From Squalus acanthias (taxonomy: Eukaryota), in contig JASTWF010000333.1 in assembly GCA_030390025.1 (NCBI GenBank), positions 248,001 through 312,000 on the forward strand: a stretch of 64,000 nt of DNA. The letters run 5' to 3'. Under the pieces are notes generated by a model. The model ran no database searches and was not told the origin of the DNA. It saw nothing but the letters and a program-made list of their open reading frames with translations. Shown piece after piece: positions 49,588 through 61,274 of the stretch; position 1 is the stretch's first letter; each line of letters opens with the position of its first letter. Made by a program: the position numbers and the translations under genes.

Positions 49588-50613
49588 AGTCTCTTTGCAA
49601 GCAAAGTAATGAAGGACAGCAACTAAAGTACTAGCGAAGTTAGGATCAGTAGGCAAAACTACCTCACAAAGCGTTGAGTCAATGCAGAAGTCTCTCTTTC
49701 TCTCTCTCCGAATCTCTCTCTCTCTCTCAGAACGAGTGGTGCAAAAATGTCCACCACAGAAAAAGACAGGAAGAGGCCCCCTTTAAATAGCGCCCCCCCC
49801 CCCAGCCCCACAGCGATTGATAGCGTTCCAGTCTTCCGGTCGTTGGATGCGCCAGGCGGTAAGGCAGGAGGCGCCACTCAATTTCTGCTCCGGGGCGCCA
49901 CAAGGGCGTTGCACCATGGAATGACGTCACAATCTGCGCGCGCAGGTGGTCGCAGCGGTAAGGTTTAGCGCCGCCGCACAATCTCTAGTTAAGTTCCCGA
50001 GCGGCGCAAACATCGCTGCGCCCGGGCGTTAGCGGCTTTGCGCCCCATTAGCGCCCTCTTAAGGCGCTAACGGGAGGCGCAACCAACTGAATTTTTACCC
50101 CATAGAGTACAAAAGCAAGGAAGTTATGATGAACCTTTATAAAATACTGGTTCGGCCTCAACTGGAGTATTGCATCCAATTCTGGGCACCGCACTTTAGG
50201 AAGGATGTGAAGGCCTTAGAGAGGGTGCAGAAAAGATTTATTAGAATGATTCCAGGGATGAGGGACTTCAGTTACGTGGATAGACTGGAGAAGCTGGGGT
50301 TGTTCTCCTTAGAGCAGAGAAGGTTGAGAGGAGATTTGATAGAGGTGTTCAAAATCATGAGGGGTCTAGACAGAGTAGAGAGAGAGAAAATGTTCCCATT
50401 GGCGGAAGGGTCGAAAACCAGAGGACACAGATTTAAGGTGATTGGCAGAAGAACCAAAGGCGACATGAGGAAAAACTTTTTTACTCAGTGAGTGGTTAGG
50501 ATCTGGAATGCAATGCCTGAGAGGGTGGTGGGGGCAGATTCAATCATGGCTTTCAAAAGGGGATTGGATAAGTACCAGAAGAAAAGAAATTTGCAGGGCT
50601 ACAGGGAAAGGGC

Positions 50614-52252
50614 TGTAAGGGGTTCGGTCGTAGGTGCTTGTGCGGGGTTAGGCCTTCGTTGCCTAATACTATTGCTTGCTCTGGTCTCCGGCCAGCCTTG
50701 TTGCAATAAGCACCTGTGAGTGGTTCGACCCACTCGCCCTTACGGTTCTAACACTGGACTTAGGTGCGAGAGCAATAATGCAGAGAAAACTCAAATAGAC
50801 CCGGTTGAATAGTACGAAATGGAAATCTTTATTGCATAACGTCCAAAATCATGAAGTACATGTCATAGGCACAAATTAATGACAGTACAAGTATACATAC
50901 ATTCATAAAACTTGGTCTAGGGTAATGAGGAACGCACGGCACATCGTAAAAAGGGGAACACATTATATTTATCCTTAATAAAACCACCCTCCCCTATCAA
51001 TACCTACACTAATCTAGATTTGTAGGATCGGGAAACATGCTCACCACTCGTGATACTTCGGAGAATTTTAAACGAGGCACTCGGTTCATTTCGCTGCAGC
51101 GCCTGACTGTCACGTGTTTTGAGGGGTCTCTGTACCCCACTTGTTCACTTTCGCTGCTGCTGCAAGCAGGCTGGGCTCCCCGTTGTCATGAAGAACTCGA
51201 CAGTGCTCGGGCCCGGTTCGAAGAAGAGTCTTCCTGTGTCTGACACCGGTTGCCGGTAGAATTCAAAGAAGAGTCTTTGACCAGTTCGTGCAGTAACCTA
51301 TAGAGTTCAAAAATAGTCTATATATTTTCGGGCGCGGTCAGGGTTTACTGACCGCGGCGGCACGTGGATTCTTCTTCTTCTCTTCTCATCTCATCTCGTC
51401 TCATCTCTTCGGGCCTTCGGGTCCAGAACACCGTTTACCGACCCTCGGGATGGTGCACCCGGTCACTGGCCTTCGTCGAGGCGGCTCGTTCCAAATTGAG
51501 CTCCACCCAACATAGGAGAATAAAAGTTCAGCCCGCGTCCAGAGTCAGTTCAAAACGAATCAGCCCCGGGAGGATCAGAGGAATAAGAGAATAAGAGCCA
51601 GCCGAGAGAATAAGAGAGAGATGGACGTTTGTTCACTATAGTTATAGTGCTGGGTTCCCTTATCTCCCGCTTAAATCTTAATGTTCATCCTTTGTAAAAT
51701 CTTGGCGCTCAAAATTCCCAGTATGGGGTGATTCTTGTCGGTAATGGGTTTCGGTAGCACCTTAAACTGGCCAACTACCCGTTAATGCTTTCCCCATTGT
51801 CGAACCGGCTAGGAGCCTCCCTGACTGGTTTTGGGGCCTCCTCGAATACTGACTTAATCACCCGAGAATGGCTCTCTCATTGTAGAGCCGTGGGGAATTT
51901 GTGTATTGATGTATCTGGATGGGCCTTCGATTGCCCAGTACAATGGTCCTTACTTGTGCATGGAAAATGATTCCAGCACTTATATCTTTGCTATTGTGTC
52001 GAATGCAGACAGGTTGCATCCTGTCTTTATCAGTGTTTGCTGCGTATTAACCAATCTTATACTGAAATGTTTATTCGAACGCCATCTTGTCTGCCCACTG
52101 AAAATTCTGGAAGCTTCTGCCACGAGGCGCGGCGGCCATTTTACAGGCTTCTGTGTCCTATTTAATCATGACAGCATTTCGTTGAAATAAAACTGATGAA
52201 ACGAATCTGCTTTATCTCGTTATTTCGAATCGCGATAATTGCGAATTTTACA
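50614..52252 (-). mobile_element. Solo LTR (ERV-like, 1639 bp)
   Basis: TGTAA...TTACA termini; 4-bp TSD GGGC (50610-50613, 52253-52256); minus-strand AATAAA near 50830; CpG-rich. Confidence 0.88.
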
Positions 52253-53044
52253 GGGCGGGGGAGTGGGACTCACTGACGTGCTCTTGCAGAGAGCTGACAC
52301 GGGCTCGACGGGCTGAATGGCCTCCTTCTGTGCTGTAACCATTCTATGAACCTATGATTCAATTTCAGAAACAAATGATGCCCAGGCTTGCTCGTTTTAC
52401 AACAGAGACAGAACTGCTTACAATTACTTTTGGAGGTAACTCTCGTGTCACCCCCTTGAGCACTCTCTCTTGGAAAATAACTGACCCTGAATGGGTTTAA
52501 GCCGAGCCTTTGAGAGGGAAAGCTTTACTCCAGCTTGTCGCCATGGTGTGACAATTGTTATTTGCCAATGTCTGCAGATCTGACCTTAAATTCTGAACAC
52601 TATTGATCTCTTCCTTGTACCAACACCTTTCCAGCAAAGGCTTCTCTGAAACTCTGTGGAGCTACTTTCCTGTAAAAGTAATCCTGCTCCATCACCACTG
52701 ACTCGGTCCCGAAATCTATGGTCGCCTCTTTAAACTATGGAAAATCCATCCTGGCTCTTCGTGAGAGCCCAATGGGTTAATTGGATAACATACACTTGTT
52801 AATTCCTGATTTCCTTCTGTCACCGTGAGGAAATATCCACCTCCAAGCTCCCCGGAAAAAACCTGGGACCCTGTGGCTCTGGGTCCCTCCTCTCCCCTCC
52901 CCTCCCCTCCTCTCCCCCCTTTGAGAAAGGGCCCACTCCCGACCTTCTACCTTCCAGCCCATAGACCTCCCCCTGCCCTGTGCTACCCAAGGAGCCAATA
53001 GACCTCCCACCCTGTGCTGACAAGGGAGCCCATAACGACCCCTG

Positions 53045-53490
53045 CCCCCACCCTGGGCTGCTCCAGAGAGACCACAGCCCCCAACCCAGCCCCCACCCTG
53101 GGCAGCCCCAGAGAGCACATAGCCCCCAACCCCGCCCCCACCCTGTGCAGCCCCAGAGAGCCCATAGCCCCCAACCCCGCCCCCATCCTGGGCAGCCCCA
53201 GAGAGCACATAGCCCCCAACACCGCCCCCACCCTGTGCAGCCCCAGAGAGCCCATAGCCCTCCCCCCCACCCCCGCCCCCACCCTGGGCAGCCCCAGAGA
53301 GCACATAGCCCCCAACACCGCCCCCACCCTGTGCAGCCCCAGAGAGCCCATAGCCCTCCCCCCCACCCCCGCCCCCACCCTGGGCAGCCCCAGAGAGCCC
53401 ATAGCCCCCAACCCCGCCCCCACCCTGTGCAGCCCCAGAGAGCCCATAGCCCCCACCCCCGCCCCCACCCTGGGCAGCCCCAGAGAGCAC
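53045..53490 (+). repeat. C-rich 45/51-bp minisatellite, about 10 copies
   Basis: ccccaccctg(g/t)gcagccccagagagc(a/c)catagcccccaaccccgc repeated. Confidence 0.95.
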
Positions 53491-54010
53491 TGAGCCCTCC
53501 CCCCACCCCGCCGCCCTAGATTGACAAGGCCCGAGAACTGCCCACAGGCAAATCCTAGCACAGTTTGTAAGGGATGTGTCTATAAATAAAGTAGCATTGT
53601 GATCCAGCAACCAATTGCATGGAGTGAGGGGCAGGAACTATGTCTAATGTCAGGTGTGGGTTTGAGTGTGTGTGTGTGTGTGTGAGCGAATATCAGGAGA
53701 GTTCACTCCCAGTCACACAGTAGCGGGACCTATTTGAAGATCCACCAATAGTTACAATGGCACAACAGGTTATCGATTTATTTACAATTCATAAAATTAC
53801 CAATTTACTAATCATGTTGAAAGAATGATCAGTTTGCTGCTAAGAAGAAGAGGAGGTGGAGAAGGTTGGTGGCCTGTGTATTTAGTCATCAGTATGATGG
53901 TGAACAGCAGCAGTTCATTATGCAGCTGTTCCATCAGGTGACCCTCCAGGTGGGTCAGACACGTTCTGACTGTTGAAGTAAACATGCAAAGGCCACTGCG
54001 TGCGATCACA

Positions 54011-54980
54011 ATGTCTTACTACAGTTATACAGGGCCTTGGTGAGACCACACCTGGGAGTACTGTGTGCAATTTTGGTCTCCTTACCTAAGAAAGGATATA
54101 CTTGCCACAGAGGGACTGCAGCGAAGGTTCACCAGACTGATTCCTGGGATGGCAGGACTGTCGTATGAGGAGAGATTGGGTCGACTAGGCCTGTTTCTGC
54201 TCTATGATTTTGCGCTGTCGTGTATCCCGAAGGCCGCCTTGGAGAACGCTTACCCGCAGATCCGAGGCTGAATGCCCCTGGCTGCTGAAGTGTTCCCCAA
54301 CTGGGAGGCAACCCTCCTGCCTGGCGATTGTTGCACGGTGTCCGTTCATACGTTGTCTCAGTGTCTGCATGGTCTCGCCGATGTACCATGCTCTGGAGCA
54401 TCCTTTACTGCAACGTATCAGGTAGACAACGTTGGCCGAGTCACATGAGTATGTACCGTGTACCTGGTGGGTAGTGTCCTCACGTGTGATGATGGTATCT
54501 GTGTCCATGATTTGGCATGTCTTGCAGAGGTTGCCGTGGCAGGGTTGTGTGGTGTCGTGGTTGCTGTTCTCCTGAAAGATGGGTAATCTGCTGCGAACGA
54601 TGGTACTTTTGAGGTTAGGCGGCTGCTTGAAGGCGAGTAGTGGAGGCGTGGGGATGGCCTTAGCAAGGTGTTCGTCGTCATCGATGACATGTTTATTCAC
54701 TAGAGTTTAGAAGAATGAGAGGGGATCTCATTGAAACGTATAAAATTCTGACAGGGCTAGACAGACTGGATGCAGGGAGGATGTTTCCCCTGGTTGGGGG
54801 GTCTAGAACGAGGGGTCACAGTCTCAGGATAAGGGGTAGGACACTTAGGACTGAGATGAGGAGAAATTTCTTCACTCAGAGGGTGAATCTTTGGAATTCT
54901 CTACCACAGAAGGCTGTGGGGGCCAAGTCACTGAATATATTTAAGAAGGAGATAGATAGATTTCTAGACACAAAAGGCAT
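54011..54980 (+). mobile_element. Tail-less CR1 fragment flanked by a ~50-bp direct duplication
   Basis: QFWSPYLRKDIL and RGDLIETYKIL motifs; duplication at 53963-54010 and 54981-55031. Confidence 0.88.
54197..54689 (-). mobile_element. Penelope-like element fragment (GIY-YIG endonuclease)
   Basis: AFKQPPNLK, CxxxxCKTC, VVYLIRC...WYIGET...RMNGHR; flanked by tgttt. Confidence 0.9.
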
Positions 54981-57374
54981 GTTCTGACTGTTGATGAAGT
55001 AAACATGCAAAGGCCACTGCGTGCGATCACAGTTGCTCCTGGGGATTCTTGAAGAAGGACTCGCAATCCGTGGCATATGAGGTGATCCATTTGGGGATAT
55101 CTTGAACCAACTGAAAGGTCTCTTAGGAAGTCCATGTAGCTTCTGGTGGGCTCCTCTTGATACTTCTCAATCAAGGAGGAAGCCTTGGCAGATCCAATAA
55201 GTGGGAAGACCAACCGCAGTGTTGCACTACAAGACCTAATGACCTCCTCACTCTTTCAATCCAGGTGCAATAACAAGCGCACCAGGTTGGAATAAACCTG
55301 TCGGCAGAAGGAAGATCTGGAACCTCTGATTCCACACTTGCCAAGTTCCCCAAGATGGATCACACTCTGTCTCAAAGAGTGGTTGAATCCTGGTGAGGAT
55401 TTTCTCGACAAAGGGTTGGATGGTGTTTGCTCTCAACTGAATTAATTGCTTAGAGAGGCACACCAGCACCTCAAATATTAGCACCTCCTTCTGGTTCTCC
55501 TTGTTCTCCAACAGACTAATTATTGTGCACATCACTTTCCAAGACCATCTTTAGTCTTGTGATGTGCTCCAATTGTAACATTGCCCAGGCCCCTGACACA
55601 CAGCAATTAGGCAACTGGAGAAGTGCTGCTCAAACATCTTAGCAATCTGTTCACCAGAGTGTCTGTGAGCTGCAGCTGTGAAACCAGTGGAGATTTTAAC
55701 AGCTCTCCAAAGAAGGAAGCCACGGTGACTGTCTGACAGTCTTGGACAGTAAGGATTTGAGCTGCCAGCTGTTTCACAATGCCAGTCAGAATGGGGCCAG
55801 CATATTTCCCAATTGCTCTGGCCAGCAGGACAACCCTCTTGTCGGACTTGCAGAGATCCATCATCTGGTCCCATCCTCCACTTTCCACCATGTCGTTAAG
55901 CACAGCTTTATTATTTGTCAGAGCTAGCAGGTCCTTTAGTGTCTCCACACAGTCCACACTGCTTTCAGATGCTAGAACCTCAACTGAGAATTCGCTCTGC
56001 TGCGATTGACCATCAGGAACAAAACCATTGAGCAGACAAACATTAACACAAAAGTTGAGATGAATGGGCAGGGCACTGAATAACTGCCGGGAATAATGTA
56101 GTCATCGCCTCTGCTGACTCAGGCTTAGTTATCATCTCGTGCAGCCCACAGATGGTAGCCAGGGATTCAAGGGTCGAATACTGTGCCGCATTCTCACTGA
56201 CGGGACAGGTTCTGCTTATTGAAAATGCTAACTGTTTGTTCAGTGTGTCCAGCAGCTCTCCCATTGCACTCATGGCACAGTCCTCGGCCAGTGATCTCCA
56301 TACATCACTGACGTACTTGTCCAAACAGACTGGGTAGGGGAGGAGACAGGACACAACTGTTGCTGCGTTGTGCGAGGCCAGTATGGCGATACTCAGTTGA
56401 ACCAAAAATTTCACCTCCTCATAAGGAACTGACTGCAATTGAACCCACAGCACATCAAGTATCTCCGAGACCTGGTCCCGAAGTTCACTGCCACGTCTTT
56501 TAATGATCGTTTGCATGAGCACAGCGGCTGCACTGCAACAGCTGGGGTGTTGGTCGGACAGTCCATCGAAGACCATGAAGAGCAAGTTGCGCAGCTGATT
56601 ATGGGGCAAACACTTGGAAATGACCTCTGTGATCTGACAGCATGTTTGAAAGAGGACTGAAGTGTCAGGGTTAACTAACTGTTCTCTGACTGCTTTCAGA
56701 ACCTCTAACTGCTCCTTTGCTGATCCAGATTGGTGCCTTCATACGATAACTGATTGGACAGGACTATGTACAAAGTGTCCAGGGCCATCTGTCAAACGGG
56801 AAGCGATGGGACTGCACAGTGCAGCCGTCAGTCGTCCAATCAGAGTCCCAGGGTTACTTCCAGGCACTACATTACTCACATTGAGCTTCTCCACATAAAG
56901 TTTCAAAAGCTCCAAGGTTGTGTCCATGGCTCTCTCTCTCGTTCATGAGCTTTTGTTGAAATGTTCCACTCTTCTACCTGATTGAAAATGACCTCAAGTC
57001 CTTCAGGGGACAGATCCTGAATCAATATTGCTTCAGAAGCTCCTGCAGCCAACTCATGGTTTGGATCGAAAGTGTTGCTGTCTCTTTTATGTTATCATTT
57101 CTGTCTTTGTCATTGTCCAGTTCTGAAGGTACCAAGCTGAAAGTACTGGTCAGGCAGCTTTGAATCAATTGGCAGGAGCTAGCTTGGTTTGATTCAGTGT
57201 GTCGTTGTACGAGATGCGTGCAGGCGTTCTTGGCTAACTGTCGAACAGGGCTCTGCAGCTGCTCTGGTGGCTCAACCTCAATAAGATCCTGCGTGTATAT
57301 CAGCAGCTCACTGTTTCTGATAAAGTTGATGGGAACTCTCTGACGATTTGAATGTAGGGATCTGGCTATCAGAG

Positions 57375-59945
57375 TTTTTTTTTATTAGTTCCTGGAATGT
57401 GGAAGTTGCTGGCAAGGCCAGCATTTATTGCCCATCTCTAATTGCCCTTGAGAAGGTGGTGGTGGTGAGCCGCCTTCTTGAACCGCTGCAGTCTGTGTGG
57501 TGAAGGTACTCCCACAGTGTTGTTAGGGAGGGAGTTCCATGATTTTGACCCAGTGATGATAAAGGAACAGTGATATATTTCCAAGTCAGGATGGTGTGTA
57601 ACTTGGAGGGGAACTTGGAGGTGATGGTGTTCCATGCGCCTGCTGCTTTTGTCCTTCTAGGTGGTAGAGGTCGTGGGTTTGGGAGGTGCTGTCGAAGAAG
57701 CCTTGTCAAGTTCCTGCACTGCATCTTGTAGATAGTACACAATGCAGCCACGGTGCACTGGTGGTGGAGGGAATGAATGTTTAAGTTGGTGGATGGGGTG
57801 CCAATCAAGCGGGCTGCTTTGTCCTGGATGGTGTCGAGCTTCTTGAGTGTTGTTGGAGCTGCAATCATCCAGGCATGGGGAGAGTATGCCATCATAATCC
57901 TGACTTGTGCCTTGTAGATGGTGGAAAAGCTTTGGGGAGTCAGGAGATGAGACACTCGCCGCAGAATACATAGCCTCTGACCTGCTCTTGTAGCCAAGGT
58001 ATTTATGTGGCTGGTCCAGCTAAGTTTCTGGTCAATGGTGACACCCAGGATATTGATGGTGGGGGATTCGGCGATGGTAATGCCGTTGAATGTCAAGGGG
58101 TGGTGGTTAGATTCTCTCTTGTTGGAGATAGTCATTGCCTGGCATGAATGTCACTTGCCACTTATCAGCCCAAGTTTGAATGTCGTCCAGGTTTTGTTGC
58201 ATGTGGGCATGGACTGCTTCATTATTTGAGGAGTTGCGAATGGAACTGAACACTGTGCAATCATCAGCGAACATCCCCACTTCTGACCTTATGATGGAGG
58301 GAAGGTCATTGATGAAGCAGCTGAAAATGGTTGGGCCTAGGACACTGCCCTGAGGAACTCTTGCAGTGATGTCCTGGGGCTGTGATGATTGACCTCCAAC
58401 AACCACAATCATCTTCCTTTGTGCTCGGTATGTCTCCAGCCAGTGAAGAGCTTTCTCCTTGATTCCCATTGCCTTTATGTTAAGGGCAGTCACTCTTACC
58501 TCACCTCTGGAATTCAGCTCTTTTGTACATGTTTGGACCAAGGCTGTAATGAGGTTGGGAGTCAAGTGGTCCTGGCGGAACCCAAACTGAGCATAGGTGA
58601 GCAGGTTATTGGTGAGTAAGTGCCGCTTGATAGCACTTTCAACGACACCTTCCATCACTTTGCTGATCAGTGAAAGCAGACTGATGGGGCGGTAATTGGC
58701 CGGATTGGATTTGTCCTGTTTTTTGTGGACAGGACATACCTGGGCAGTTTTCCACATTGTCGGGTAGATGCCAGTGTTGTAGCTGTACTGTAACAGCTTG
58801 GCTTGAGGCGCAGCTAGTTCTGGAGCACAAATCTTCAGCAAGATAGCCGGGATGTTGTCAGGGCCCTCAGCCTTTGCCATATCCAGTGCACTCAGCCATT
58901 TCTTGATATCACGTGGAGTGAATCGAATTGGCTGAAGACTGGCTTCTGCAATGGTGGGGACCTCAGGAGGAGGCCGAGATGGATCATCCACTCGGCATTT
59001 CTGGCTGAAGATGGTTGCAAACGCTTCAGCCTTGTCTTTTGCACTCGCATGCTGGGCTCCGCCATCATTGAGGATGGGGATGGTCATGGAGCCTTCTCCT
59101 CCTGTTAGTTGTTTAATGGTCCACCACCATTCATGACTGGATGTAGCAGGACTGCAGAGCTTTGAGCTGATCCGTTGGTTGTGGGATCGCTTAGCTCTGT
59201 CTATAGCATGCTTTTTCTGCTGTTTAGCATGCATGTAGTCCTGTGTGCAGCTTCCCCAGGTTGGCACCTTATTTTTAGGTGCACCTGGTGCTGCTCCTGG
59301 CATGCTCTTCTGCACTCTCATTGAACCAGGGTTGGTCCCCTGGCTTGATGGTAATGGTAGAGTGAGAGATATGCTGGACCCTGAGGTTACAGATTGTGGA
59401 GGAATACAATTCTGCTGCTGGCTCACAGCGCCGATTATGGTAGTCACTGCTACCAATACTCTCATGGACAGATGCATCTGCGACAGGTAGATTGGTGAGG
59501 ATGAGGTCAAGTAGGTTTTTCCCTCATGTTGGTTCTCACCACCTGCTGCAGGCCCAGACTGGCAGTTATGTCCTTCAGGACTCAGTCAGCTCGGTCAGTA
59601 GTGGTGCTACTGAGCCACTCTTGGTGATAGACATTGAAGTCCCCCACCCAGAGTACATTCTGTGCCCTTTTTACTCTGTGTTTCTTCCCAGTGGTGTTCA
59701 ATTTGGAGGAGTACTGATTCATCAGCTGAGGGAGGGCGGTAGGTGGTAATCAGCAGGAGGTTTCCTTGCCCGTGTTTGACCTGAAGCCATGAGACTTCAT
59801 GGGGTCCGGAGCAATGTTGAGGACTCCCAGGGCTACTCCCTCCCGACTGTATACCACTGTGCCACTACCTCTAAAGTGTCGGGGTCCTGTCGGTGGGACA
59901 GGACATACCCAGGGATGGTGATGGAGGAGTCTGGGACATTGACTT
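57375..59945 (-). mobile_element. CR1/L2-group LINE (APE plus RT), frameshifted, with deletions
   Basis: GDFNV, NYRPISLLS, VPQGSVLGP, FADD, ILGVTID motifs; poly(A) at 57375. Confidence 0.92.
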
Positions 59946-59949
59946 ATTA

Positions 59950-60277
59950 ATCTTGTTTTTCGTAGCGGTTTGCTACAACTGAGTGGCTTGCTAGGCCATT
60001 TCAGAGGGCAGTTAAGAGTCAACCACATTGCTGTGGGTCTGGAGTCACATTTAGGCCAGACCAGGTAAGGACAGCTGATTTCCTTCTCTAAAGGGCATTA
60101 GTGAACCAGATGGGTTTTTACGACAATCCGATAGTTTCATGGTCACCATTACTGATACTGACTTTTTATTCCAGATTTATTTAATTAACTGAATTTAAAT
60201 TCCCCAGCAGCTGTGGTGGGATTTGAACTCACGTCTCTGGATCATTAGTCCAGTAACATAACCACTATGCTACCGTA
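59950..60277 (-). mobile_element. tRNA-derived Pol III head and body directly upstream of the LINE
   Basis: A box TAGCATAGTGG (60272-60262), B box GTTCAAATCC (60228-60219); no tail of its own. Confidence 0.8.
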
Positions 60278-61167
60278 CAACAGTTTCTTTTTCCCAGGAT
60301 GTGCTGAACAATTACAGATTATTATTAAAGCCTTGGTGTACTGGTCATAGTGACAAACTCCAGTAAGAATGGCCAAAGGACATTCTCCATCTTCACTGCA
60401 GTTGTGATCATACGCATCACTATTTCGCACACTGTGACCAAGTCTTCATCTGTTACCTGGTCTGGTTGATGATTGGGTTGTACCAGGGTCCCTGAATCAA
60501 CGGATGCAGCACACTGTTGGATGATGAATTCCACCATTGCCTTTCCTCCCTCTGGCTCAAGGTAACCTTGCTGGGCCATGACACATATTACCTGGGCAAT
60601 GAGCTTCTTCTCCTAATTGCTGCTCTTGTCCAGGAGCACTGATTTTATGGCAGCCACAATCTGAGCCTCCTTCCTCTCAACGTGCGAGGCGACTAATATG
60701 ATGAGGTGCCTCACTACACTGAGTGTTCCTACTCTCATTAGTTGCTCTTTATTCTCTCACTGCTGTTGGAGAAATTCGAGCACTGAGTCTGCATAAGCTG
60801 GGGCCAGAACTCCGAAACAGCAAATGATCTTATTGCGTTTCTTCACAGCAAGATGGTTATTAGACGCCACCGAAACACAAATCTGCTGGTGGAGACTTTT
60901 AAGCAGATTGTCCATCTGTGTTTTCAGCCCCAGATACCTCATCTCTATGGCAACATCCAGTACCCAGCACAGACACTCTGTGATGGAAAAATGCCCTGGT
61001 TGTTTCTTGTAGAGAGACAGGATGCCTGGAACTAACCTGGGCAGCTCTTCCTCCAGTGTGTCCTGGGGCAGCAGGGAGATGACATAGCCTAAAGCTTCCA
61101 CTACTGGGATCTTCACTTCAGAGGACTCCTTCTTGAGCCACACCTTGAACAACAGACTATAGATAGT

Positions 61168-61274
61168 ACAAAAGCAAAATACTAAGGATGCTGGAAATAC
61201 TCAGCAGGTCAGGCAGCATCTGTGGAGAGAGAAACAGAGTTAACGTTTCAGGTCGATGACCCTTCGTCAGAACT
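61168..61274 (-). mobile_element. Short Penelope-associated element inserted in the retrocopy
   Basis: TSD actatagatagt (61156-61167, 61272-61283; 3 nt overlap with the element end). Confidence 0.88.
61238..61274 (-). ncRNA. Putative minimal hammerhead ribozyme, identical to 23364-23400
   Basis: agttctgacgaagggtcatcgacctgaaacgttaact on the minus strand. Confidence 0.65.

Larger units (their letters stand above)
45882..50101. mobile_element. Full-length PIF/Harbinger transposon (4220 bp)
   Basis: TIRs gggggaaaaattagg / ctgaatttttacccc; TSD ATA (45879-45881, 50102-50104); convergent Myb and transposase genes. Confidence 0.95.
45192..52360 (+). mobile_element. CR1 3' portion in three pieces (45192-45881, 50102-50613, 52253-52360)
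   Basis: Pieces rejoin seamlessly when the Harbinger and the LTR are removed; ORFs 45226-45870 and 50126-50491. Confidence 0.93.

Noticed and set aside
52777..53610. Gly-rich or histidine/proline-rich protein ORFs
   Set aside because: Translations of a 45/51-bp minisatellite, open in nearly all frames
60210..60277. Functional tRNA gene
   Set aside because: A and B boxes are present but there is no clear cloverleaf or terminator; it continues into a retroelement body
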